Below, one piece after another: positions 48,396 to 56,478 of a stretch of DNA of 64,000 bases. Positions within the stretch are counted from its first letter, which is position 1, and the number at the start of each line of letters is the position of its first letter. The stretch lies in the IMG/VR virus record IMGVR_UViG_3300032287_003113, positions 124,001 to 188,000 of that record; one strand, 5' to 3'. The translations under genes were made by a program, and so were the position numbers. The notes under the pieces were generated by a model. That model made no database searches, had not been told where the DNA came from, and saw only the letters and a program-made list of their open reading frames with translations.

Positions 48396-50226
48396 GTTTG
48401 ATGTTTTTTACTTTGGCGATAAACCGGGCTTGTTTGCTTTTGAACAACCTGCGACTAGTCTCAAAGATGCCGCTGATAAATGTAAGACTACACACTACTG
48501 GTATATTTATGGGGGCAATGATTACACCGGCTTCGACTTTGAATACGTACCGGTACCTTGGGAAACCACGCACTTGCATGTATGGCCTAGCCAGCATCAA
48601 CGCAATGGCGAAGTGTATCTAGCCAATCGACGTACAGCACACAATCAAGAATGGCACTTCCATACAGAACAGAGTGTTGTCCGTAAGCCCGATCGCGGCA
48701 TATGGCGTGTACCCGACAACATAGACGACACAGACTTTGATTATTCATGGCATCCTGATCGTACCGAACCTGACTACGAATATCGATTTCCCACACAGTG
48801 GCAACGTGAAGGTGGTCCTGTGTATCCAGGCTCAGCCGGCGTCAAGTACATGACTGACCAACGCATACGTGCAGGCGCCACACAAATATTCTACATGGAC
48901 TTTATGAATGGTGGTATAGCACGTCATCAATTTGATTTGTTAAAATTAGATCACCCTGATATCAAGCGAACAAGATATGTGGACAACCACCTCAACGTGT
49001 TCAAGCGTATTATGAACATGGCCACCACAGAATACGTATGGATCATCAGTAGCATCTGCGACTATACGCAATTTGATTTTACCTGGCACCCCAGCGAAGC
49101 ACAGCGTGAAATGATCCACTGCTTTCCCACAGGCAACCAACGACGTGGCGACACATTTTACATACACGTTCCCAGTTTCACTCGGCAGATGTTTGAGTTA
49201 GAGCTGTTGGATTGGTTCAATGTTATCAACTACTCAGATGATCAACAGGTAGAACGTTTTGGTATGCCGGTACACCAATACTCAACCGACGATCTAGTAA
49301 CCGAAATCAAAAACTACAAGTTCGAAACTCCCTATGTGATGTTCACTAATCAAAAGGACCTGGTGTTACATGATAGCCCTTGTTTATGGACCAAGAAAGA
49401 CCGTACAGTGGTTCGTATTAGCACAGCAGGTGCTACTGCGATAGTGCCTCGAGATATCAAGGAGGATTTACGCACACAAATCTACGATTATCCTTACATT
49501 GAGGACACGAAACCCAGGTTAAACGACTACTTAGGAGGCCGTGATTGTCTCGACATAGTCTATATCAGCAACGGTGAACCGGACGAAGAACGTTGGTATG
49601 ATCATCTGTGCTATATGAGCAATACCCGAGCAAAATGGGTTAGAGGAGTTGATGGTAGAACAGCCGCTTATCAAGAAGCTGCACGTCAAAGTTCTACACC
49701 CTGGTTTTTTGCTGTGTTTGCCAAATTAGAAGTGTTGGGCAATCAGTTTCCTTGGGACTCCTGGTTACCAGACTACTTCCAAGAGCCCAAACATTATATT
49801 TTTAATAGTCGTAATCCTGTAAACGGCTTAGAGTATGGGCACCAAGGTGTCATTGCTTACAACAAGCGATTGGTGTTAGAGAATAACGCACCTGGCATAG
49901 ACTTTACACTAAGCCAACCACACGAAAGTGTTCCTATCCTGTCAGGTACAGCACACTACAATCAAAGTGAGTGGATGACTTGGCGTACCGCTTTCCGTGA
50001 AGTGGTCAAACTACGACACTTTATGGACATACAACCTACTGTGGAAACAGAACATAGACTCGCGACATGGTTGACGGTTGCCGAAGGTGATTTTGCTGAG
50101 TGGAGTATACGTGGCGCAGAAGATGCTGTGGCTTACTATACAGAAGTTGGCGGAGACTACGAACAGTTAAAACTCAGCTTTGAATGGGCTTGGCTAAGAG
50201 AACGATTTAATTCAAGTAAGCCGTAA
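48394..50226 (+). CDS. multidomain glycosyltransferase (repeated degenerate GT-A modules)
   Basis: Repeats 'FDFEYVP', 'FDYSWHP', 'FDFTWHP'; C-terminal domain 'DIVYISNGEP...VRGVDGR..AY..AA...NGLEYGHQG...WRTAFREVVK' paralogous to 29330. Confidence 0.6.
   Translation: MFDVFYFGDKPGLFAFEQPATSLKDAADKCKTTHYWYIYGGNDYTGFDFEYVPVPWETTHLHVWPSQHQRNGEVYLANRRTAHNQEWHFHTEQSVVRKPDRGIWRVPDNIDDTDFDYSWHPDRTEPDYEYRFPTQWQREGGPVYPGSAGVKYMTDQRIRAGATQIFYMDFMNGGIARHQFDLLKLDHPDIKRTRYVDNHLNVFKRIMNMATTEYVWIISSICDYTQFDFTWHPSEAQREMIHCFPTGNQRRGDTFYIHVPSFTRQMFELELLDWFNVINYSDDQQVERFGMPVHQYSTDDLVTEIKNYKFETPYVMFTNQKDLVLHDSPCLWTKKDRTVVRISTAGATAIVPRDIKEDLRTQIYDYPYIEDTKPRLNDYLGGRDCLDIVYISNGEPDEERWYDHLCYMSNTRAKWVRGVDGRTAAYQEAARQSSTPWFFAVFAKLEVLGNQFPWDSWLPDYFQEPKHYIFNSRNPVNGLEYGHQGVIAYNKRLVLENNAPGIDFTLSQPHESVPILSGTAHYNQSEWMTWRTAFREVVKLRHFMDIQPTVETEHRLATWLTVAEGDFAEWSIRGAEDAVAYYTEVGGDYEQLKLSFEWAWLRERFNSSKP
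48504..48510 (-). promoter_or_regulatory. possible late promoter ATAAATA for the inverted GT gene
   Basis: TATTTAT on + strand, about 110 nt upstream of the minus-strand ATG at 48395, inside the divergent CDS. Confidence 0.3.
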
Positions 50227-51316
50227 TACTATCAATTACAAGTTCTACTTCGGTGTCTGTCATTTCGGGATAGATAGGTAAACTCAATGCTTCTTTGCTG
50301 TGTGCTGTACTACCACGCATGATATCTCTAGCATAATCCACATAATCCCAACCCACTGGATGTTCAAATAAAGGTTGTTCGTAGTGTATTTTAGTTTCAA
50401 TGCCTTTGCTGGCCAACATGCCTTGCATGGCACTACGTGATCCTGTGCGAATAACAAACTTGTGCCAAGCGTGTTCTACATCCGGATTGGGCAATAGTAC
50501 ATCCACCCAGTCAGTTAAGTTTTCTATATACAAGTCGGCTATTTCTTGTCTACGTCGTTGCCATGAGTCAAAGTACTTTAACTTGACCAACATTTGAGCA
50601 CAGTCAGCATCACTCATCTTGCTGTTGGTACCGGCATGGTCGTGATTCAATACCTTGCCATTGTCTCTGAGAGCCAGAGCAAATTGATAGATGTCGTAAT
50701 CGTCTGTGAGTATCATGCCGCCTGAACCATAGTTGTTTAGATTCTTTGTGGGATCAAAACTCAGTACGCTGACATCGCCTAATTTGCCTGATGGGATACC
50801 GTTATAGCTAGCACCAAAACTTTGTGCGGCGTCTTCGATAATCTTGACATCTTCGTTGAAGAATTTGGTAACATTTAATAGTCGATCGTAGTCTAATACA
50901 TTACCAAACATGTTGACATACATGACAGTATCTACATGTCCATCTAGGGCATAATCAATAGTTTCTATATCTAATAGAGCATTGTGATCTACATCGCAGT
51001 ACACAGGTTCGTTACCGGCCATTAGCACAGAGTTAAGTGTGGCAACAAAACTAATGCCAGGAATCATGATCTTTTCTATGCCTTTACTGCGAGCGGTGGC
51101 CAACTGAGCAAAGACCAAGGCCTGTGTTCCGGAGTTAACTGCCACACTATACTGACGCATACAACGTGCAGCCATTTGGCGTTCAAACATCTGTGTGTAA
51201 GGACCATCTAGCACTTGCCCCGTACGATATGCACGGTCACTGGCATCAAGAATCTCGTCTCGGAGCAGTTGGTATTGACGAGCTACGCCATTAAACGGTA
51301 CGTCGTAGCCACTCAT
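50207..51316 (-). CDS. DegT/DnrJ/EryC1/StrS PLP-dependent sugar aminotransferase
   Basis: 'VNSGTQAL', 'IIEDAAQSFGA', catalytic Lys in 'SFDPTKNL..YGSGG', 'LSLPIYPEM'; start likely MSGYDVPF (51316), alternative 51340. Confidence 0.9.
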   Translation of the reverse strand: MSGYDVPFNGVARQYQLLRDEILDASDRAYRTGQVLDGPYTQMFERQMAARCMRQYSVAVNSGTQALVFAQLATARSKGIEKIMIPGISFVATLNSVLMAGNEPVYCDVDHNALLDIETIDYALDGHVDTVMYVNMFGNVLDYDRLLNVTKFFNEDVKIIEDAAQSFGASYNGIPSGKLGDVSVLSFDPTKNLNNYGSGGMILTDDYDIYQFALALRDNGKVLNHDHAGTNSKMSDADCAQMLVKLKYFDSWQRRRQEIADLYIENLTDWVDVLLPNPDVEHAWHKFVIRTGSRSAMQGMLASKGIETKIHYEQPLFEHPVGWDYVDYARDIMRGSTAHSKEALSLPIYPEMTDTEVELVIDSITAYLN

Positions 51317-52238
51317 AATATGCTTGAAAACCTTGTTCAATATCTACTCGTCCACGATAGCCAAAGTCTTGGCCGGCACGTATGGTGCTTAGTGTGCCAC
51401 GACTGGGAAATCTGGGATTGGCATCGGCCATCCTAATACGACCCTTGCCTGCAATCGCGACAGCCAATTCAGCGGCTTCTAATAGAGTACGTCCACGACT
51501 GCGTGTAATGTTGTATGTACGTTTGGAACTGTTAAAACTAAGTGAGGCCTTGACAATACCATCGACAGCATCATCAACATAGGTAAAGTCTAACTGTTCT
51601 TCTGCACCACATACCACAAGTTCTTGATCTAGCATGGCATTGGTTAAAAACTTGCTGACTACACGGTCTTCGACATCTCGTGGTCCATACACCGCACTTG
51701 GACGTAACACGACATAATCAATTCCGGCCCGTTCACATAGATCACGTGTTAGGCTTTCTCCGGCATATTTTAAAATACCATAGATACCTTTTGGATTACA
51801 ACGCATATCTTCGTAGCCGCACAGCTCAAAGTCTCCGTAGACCATGCTAGAACTGATGTAAACAAATCTACGAACATCGAAGCGTTCGCTACAGCGTAAT
51901 AAGTTAATCAATCCATTGGTCAATACTGTGGCACCTTCTTCGGGATTCTCATCCACAGCTTTGGCACGGGGAAATGCTGCACAATGTATCACAACATCAG
52001 GTCTGCACTCATCAAACACATTTAACAAAGCATTATAGTTTTTAATATCTACATGATGTATGCTGGTTGTAGCGATACGTTCCAAACGTTCTTGATGTAG
52101 TTTGGACATTTCGGCATCAGGCACAATACCGTAATTGGTAAAGTTATCTAGGATGCAAACATCGTGACCTTGTGCTTCAAGTTCAGCTACCACATTGTGC
52201 CCAATAAAGCCCACACCGCCAGTGACTAATATATTCAT
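51291..52238 (-). CDS. NAD-dependent NDP-sugar epimerase/dehydratase
   Basis: 'ILVTGGVGFIG', 'YISSSMVYG', YxxxK 'YGILK', 'LRPSAVYGP'. Confidence 0.9.
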   Translation of the reverse strand: MNILVTGGVGFIGHNVVAELEAQGHDVCILDNFTNYGIVPDAEMSKLHQERLERIATTSIHHVDIKNYNALLNVFDECRPDVVIHCAAFPRAKAVDENPEEGATVLTNGLINLLRCSERFDVRRFVYISSSMVYGDFELCGYEDMRCNPKGIYGILKYAGESLTRDLCERAGIDYVVLRPSAVYGPRDVEDRVVSKFLTNAMLDQELVVCGAEEQLDFTYVDDAVDGIVKASLSFNSSKRTYNITRSRGRTLLEAAELAVAIAGKGRIRMADANPRFPSRGTLSTIRAGQDFGYRGRVDIEQGFQAYYEWLRRTV

Positions 52239-53146
52239 ACAGCCATTTCTGCTCGAATTGATGCGTGGCTAGTGTAGCCTGTCAATGAGATATCCGACAT
52301 GGTAAAATCAAATATACTTTTAACATCGGGATTGAGTAGAAGTTGTGGGGCAGGTAATGGTTCACGATCCAATTGTTCTCGAACCTGCTCTACATGATTC
52401 AAGTAGATGTGTGCATCTCCGAGCACGTGAACAAACTCTCCCACAGCCATACCACACGTTCTAGCTATTAGATGAGTTAACAAGCTATAGCTGGCTATAT
52501 TAAATGGAACTCCTAAAAACATGTCACAACTTCTTTGGTACATTTGGCAACTCAGCTTACGATCTCGACTTACGTAAAACTGTGCAAACATGTGGCACGG
52601 AGGCAATGCCATTTGACCTAGCTCGCCAGGATTCCAAGATGTTAATATGTGCCTACGTCCGTACGGATCTTTCTTTAGTCCCGCAATTAACTCTTTGAGT
52701 TGATCAACTTCTTTGATGTGCAATAAGCCGCCACGATTAAAAATGTTACCAAATGAATCTTTGAATGTTTCTTGTTTGTGCTCAATTGGAGTACGCCAGT
52801 GGCGCCATTGTACTCCATACACACGACCCAAGTCTCCTTCAAACTTAGCTTTTGTTTTCCAGTAAGGCGCAAGAGCATTAGGAGTCCAAATAGTTGCGGT
52901 ACCATCTGCGGTACCGTGTGTGATCTCGGCCAGTCTGCGTTCACTGCCTGAACCTTCAATCATCCATAGCAGTTCGCCTACACAGGCTCGCCAGGCAAGT
53001 TTTTTAGTAGTTACTGCCGGGAATGAAACAGATAAGTCATAGCGTTGTTGCAGACCAAACAGGCCGATAGTGCCCACGCCGGTTCGATCATCTCTTTGTT
53101 CGCCCTGCTCAAGAACTTGTCTAAGTGCGTCTAGGTATTGTTTCAT
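52235..53146 (-). CDS. thyA: thymidylate synthase
   Basis: 'DRTGVGT', 'LGRVYGVQWR', 'WNPGELGQMALPPCH', 'YQRSCDMFLGVPFNIASY', 'GDAHIYLNH'. Confidence 0.97.
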   Translation of the reverse strand: MKQYLDALRQVLEQGEQRDDRTGVGTIGLFGLQQRYDLSVSFPAVTTKKLAWRACVGELLWMIEGSGSERRLAEITHGTADGTATIWTPNALAPYWKTKAKFEGDLGRVYGVQWRHWRTPIEHKQETFKDSFGNIFNRGGLLHIKEVDQLKELIAGLKKDPYGRRHILTSWNPGELGQMALPPCHMFAQFYVSRDRKLSCQMYQRSCDMFLGVPFNIASYSLLTHLIARTCGMAVGEFVHVLGDAHIYLNHVEQVREQLDREPLPAPQLLLNPDVKSIFDFTMSDISLTGYTSHASIRAEMAV

Positions 53147-53928
53147 AGGTGTAATAAGTCTGTTAGGTGTTTATACAGTATTGTATGACCTTCTCGGTTA
53201 GGATGCAAGCCATCTGGATGAAAAATAAGCTCATCCATTATTCTGGTACTATCGGATATTGAGTCAAATTCTTGCCGAACTTGACGGGCAAATTCTGGAG
53301 TGTATGTGGATAAGTTGATGTAGTTGATATCCCAAGTATACGTTATACCAAATTCAGGATTATCTGTTCCGGGGTGTTCTTGATATTGTCCTGCTAACAA
53401 GTATATCCAACTTACCACTGTGGGCAATAGGTTTGTGTATTTGTTGAGTATATTAGTGTTTACATTATAGGTGCCACCAACACAATGTATGTTGGCATTG
53501 TGCTTTTTGGCCACTGTATCAAGTTGACGGTATATAGAGTCTTGTTGTTGACGTACTAGATTAATTAACCCGGCAGCTGTTTTAATGGCTTCGGTAAACC
53601 CGGGCAAGTTACCGGCATCACTGTCACGTTTGAGATTTAATTCAGCAAGTTCTGGCATGATAAGATCTAGCAAAGGATCAGCCATTATAAAAAATACAAC
53701 GTCTCCGTCTTGGTATCGGCTCGCTAATTTACCATCTAGATATGTGATCACACGACTGTGGTAACTACGAGCTTGACTGGCATCTACTACTGTGTATCCT
53801 GCATCGGCAAAATACTGTTTTATGCCATCATGTTGAACTACAGGATTACCAGGAGCCCATTCTCCACGAGCCCAGCTGGATCCTGATACAAATATTTTAG
53901 GTTGGTTTGCGTTTGAAGACCGACTCAT
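53143..53928 (-). CDS. SGNH/GDSL-fold protein
   Basis: 'FVSGSSWARG', C-terminal 'PDGLHPNREGH'. Confidence 0.55.
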   Translation of the reverse strand: MSRSSNANQPKIFVSGSSWARGEWAPGNPVVQHDGIKQYFADAGYTVVDASQARSYHSRVITYLDGKLASRYQDGDVVFFIMADPLLDLIMPELAELNLKRDSDAGNLPGFTEAIKTAAGLINLVRQQQDSIYRQLDTVAKKHNANIHCVGGTYNVNTNILNKYTNLLPTVVSWIYLLAGQYQEHPGTDNPEFGITYTWDINYINLSTYTPEFARQVRQEFDSISDSTRIMDELIFHPDGLHPNREGHTILYKHLTDLLHL

Positions 53929-54397
53929 AGACCGTAAATGTTGATTGAAAATCTCGACTTACTTGAGCACGTACAGGATGGAATCCTGTCAAGAACTCTT
54001 TTACATATATTCTAGTGTCTGCACGATAAGTTCCTTTGACGTGTGTTAGGTATATCCTATCAAACAAAGGTTTAGCAGTTTCTAACAGGGCGGAACCACC
54101 AATCACAAATATTTTTTTAGTGGGATTTTCACGCTCTAGATCCAGAAGTTTTTCTTGTACGTCACCGCTGAAAGGATTTGCATGTGTCACAGGTCTATGT
54201 GTGGCTACATACACAGTACGATTAGGTAACGGCTTGGGCATCTTGGGATCGTCCCAGGTCTTGCGGCCCATGACAACCACATGCCCAGTGGTCAAGTTTT
54301 TAAAGTGTTGTAAATCTTCAGCGTTATGCGGCCAAGGTAACGTTCCGTTATGGCCCATACCGCCGTTGAAATCAACGGCAAATATAGCATTTATCAT
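53897..54397 (-). CDS. folA: dihydrofolate reductase
   Basis: 'GMGHNGTLPWP...EDLQHFKNLT...VVMGRKTWD...KPLPNR', 'VIGGS', 'IYLTHV'. Confidence 0.93.
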   Translation of the reverse strand: MINAIFAVDFNGGMGHNGTLPWPHNAEDLQHFKNLTTGHVVVMGRKTWDDPKMPKPLPNRTVYVATHRPVTHANPFSGDVQEKLLDLERENPTKKIFVIGGSALLETAKPLFDRIYLTHVKGTYRADTRIYVKEFLTGFHPVRAQVSRDFQSTFTVYESVFKRKPT

Positions 54398-54741
54398 AAG
54401 TCTTTGAGTAAGTTGTCAGTGAAAGGCTGGATTACTTTGGCCACGCTGTCTACACTTATATGAAAATCGACATCTTTTATGATGTCATCTAAGGCTTCTA
54501 GTTTGGCATTGATAATTTTTTCCACTACAGCAGGATCGGCACCTTCGTCAATCATCTCAGCGACGTTGACATCTACACTGGTGCCATCTTTTAAATTAAC
54601 AGTAATATAACGTAAGACATTAATGGGTACTTGTTCTTTGGTTACTTCTTTTAAGAGCTTTTCCCATTGATCTTTACGGTTTAAGTTAAGCCGCTTGCTT
54701 CTTGGTCGGCGTGGCTTTTTTGGCTCTTGTTGGTTTGGCAT
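54394..54741 (-). CDS. hypothetical protein
   Basis: 115-aa ORF in the same operon; ATGA overlap with DHFR. Confidence 0.65.
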   Translation of the reverse strand: MPNQQEPKKPRRPRSKRLNLNRKDQWEKLLKEVTKEQVPINVLRYITVNLKDGTSVDVNVAEMIDEGADPAVVEKIINAKLEALDDIIKDVDFHISVDSVAKVIQPFTDNLLKDL

Positions 54742-55390
54742 TTTTCGCGGGTGTTAGTGATTGTGCTTCTTCAGTTAAACGCTTGGCTTCGGCTAATAGT
54801 TGCTCGGCTTGTTTTTGCATCTGAGCAGCCTGGCTTAGTCTTTGTGTGGCCAAATCATCATCGCTTAGTACACCCTTGAGATAGGCAGCGGCGCTATCGG
54901 TTGCTTCAACATCAAGATTGGTTCTGCTGATACTGGAATTGTTTGGTGGCATACCAACTTCACGACCTTCTGTGGTACGACGTTTTTTAGTTTGCAATCC
55001 TGCATTGGCGTCAATGTCGGCCAACTTCTTGATGGCCTCTTCGCCTTTTTCCATTTCATCTAGGATACTGTTTAGTTCATCTAAACGTACACTGGATTTC
55101 ATTGTGGGAGTTATCAACACTTGGCTGGTTGGAACCTTCTTGATAAAACCTTCTTTGTGTAATACTTCAAGAGCATTACGACCATCAGCCATGGTTGTAC
55201 GGAACAACACGTCACTGAATTCTTTGGCGTTTTGACCAATTGGGCTTTCCAAGGCCTTCATGACTTCGTCATGAATCATGCGTGGAAGTGTTTCGCTGTA
55301 TGTAAGCAAGGCCATATGATCCTCGTTTGGTACACGGCGCCATAGTAATACTATTCTTTTGTTGTTGTGTTTACCCACATGTTTAATCAT
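54686..55390 (-). CDS. conserved hypothetical protein (C-terminal coiled coil, K/A-rich tail)
   Basis: 234 aa; AAGGA RBS. Confidence 0.7.
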   Translation of the reverse strand: MIKHVGKHNNKRIVLLWRRVPNEDHMALLTYSETLPRMIHDEVMKALESPIGQNAKEFSDVLFRTTMADGRNALEVLHKEGFIKKVPTSQVLITPTMKSSVRLDELNSILDEMEKGEEAIKKLADIDANAGLQTKKRRTTEGREVGMPPNNSSISRTNLDVEATDSAAAYLKGVLSDDDLATQRLSQAAQMQKQAEQLLAEAKRLTEEAQSLTPAKNAKPTRAKKATPTKKQAA

Positions 55391-55404
55391 TTTGAATTTT
55401 CCTT

Positions 55405-55662
55405 TTATTCAGCAACTGGTGTGGCTACTGTTTCATCACTGGCTGGTGCAGAAGATGATGACATTGCGCCACTGGCTGTAAGGAAAGTGGTTATGCGATC
55501 AAATACTCCGCCAATCTGTGTGAATTCTTCGGCACGAAATGCGCCACGTGTACTGGCCAACTGAAGGGCCTGGGCACACAGCATCAAGTCCGATAATTGT
55601 AACTGAACTGCTGTTTCATCGGGCTGTGCTACTTGTTCTTGTTGTATTGCTTGTTCTTGCAT
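55405..55662 (-). CDS. hypothetical protein
   Basis: 85 aa; GGAG RBS; preceded by a late-promoter-like GTAAATA. Confidence 0.65.
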   Translation of the reverse strand: MQEQAIQQEQVAQPDETAVQLQLSDLMLCAQALQLASTRGAFRAEEFTQIGGVFDRITTFLTASGAMSSSSAPASDETVATPVAE

Positions 55663-55686
55663 AGATATCTCCGTAAACTATGCATA

Positions 55687-55693
55687 TATTTAC
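55687..55693 (-). promoter_or_regulatory. late promoter GTAAATA within an RBS/ATG-occluding hairpin
   Basis: Minus strand reads ATAGAT-CGTAAA-tatatgcatag-TTTACG-gagat-ATCTAT-G. Confidence 0.45.
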
Positions 55694-55719
55694 GATCTAT
55701 ACAGCCACCGGAAAAATTT

Positions 55720-56010
55720 TTAGAACTCGAAATCGAAGGTGTTGATTTGATCTAGTACTAGGGCAAACATACTAGCTTCTACGGCTATTTCAAATGCGGC
55801 ACAGCGATGGCTGTGTACATTGGCATCGGCATCTTTGTAATACTGTTCACCATGGTAAAACCTACCTGAAAGATTGGTCCAGATCCAATCTGAAATGGTT
55901 TTTTCGGTGCATTTTAATTCAAAGGTAACCGGTGTAAAGTGCGGCGGGCAATGATCTAATTCTCTAAGTCCAAATACCGCCAGGGGATTGGCTTCGTTAT
56001 ACTTTAGCAC
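55720..56010 (-). CDS. hypothetical protein
   Basis: 96-aa ORF overlapping the upstream gene. Confidence 0.6.
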   Translation of the reverse strand: MLKYNEANPLAVFGLRELDHCPPHFTPVTFELKCTEKTISDWIWTNLSGRFYHGEQYYKDADANVHSHRCAAFEIAVEASMFALVLDQINTFDFEF

Positions 56011-56296
56011 TGGACCGGATGGAATCGATGGTTTCTTGGCTTAGTTCGCCTTCAACCAAGGTAAATTTGGTATCGCTTTGATCAGCTTCGGGTATTACCA
56101 ATCTATCTGCAAGCAAGGCTTCAGCATCACGCACAAAAGTTTCGGTTACTTGATACTGTTTGGTATACTGAGCAATTTCCATGGAGCGGCTAAGATCATC
56201 TAGACAGTTTTCTAGTTTGAGAATACGCAACTGCAACTTTAGTGCCAATTCACGTGCGGCCTTGGGTTTTAAATCTTTGGGATTTACAAATTCCAT
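55997..56296 (-). CDS. hypothetical protein
   Basis: 99-aa ORF; TAATG junction with the upstream gene. Confidence 0.6.
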   Translation of the reverse strand: MEFVNPKDLKPKAARELALKLQLRILKLENCLDDLSRSMEIAQYTKQYQVTETFVRDAEALLADRLVIPEADQSDTKFTLVEGELSQETIDSIRSSAKV

Positions 56297-56478
56297 TATT
56301 CTACTCCAAAATGTTTTAAAATATTGTCACTGCTCTGATAAGGTTCGGCGGTGTGTGCAATATCAGCACACTCCCGCACAATGGCCTGGGCAAACTCTTC
56401 AACCTTGAGTCGCCATATGGGGCTATGAGCAATGGTAAAGTGAGTGTCCTCGGCTATGCGTTGGATATTTTCGTTCAT
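56296..56478 (-). CDS. small phage hypothetical protein (start at 56478, MNENIQRIAED)
   Basis: 'VEEFAQAIVRECA...ILKHFGVE'; ATGA overlap with the VWA gene stop. Confidence 0.55.
   Translation of the reverse strand: MNENIQRIAEDTHFTIAHSPIWRLKVEEFAQAIVRECADIAHTAEPYQSSDNILKHFGVE

Noticed and set aside
27094-52238. GtrABC-type O-antigen conversion or capsule locus
   Set aside because: No flippase, polymerase, undecaprenyl-P transferase or obvious multi-TM protein was seen. It cannot be fully excluded without TM prediction.
52235-53146. thyA as a dCMP hydroxymethylase or other base-modifying TS homologue
   Set aside because: It has canonical PCH and PFN (dUMP-specific Asn) motifs and an adjacent DHFR, so it is an ordinary thymidylate synthase.
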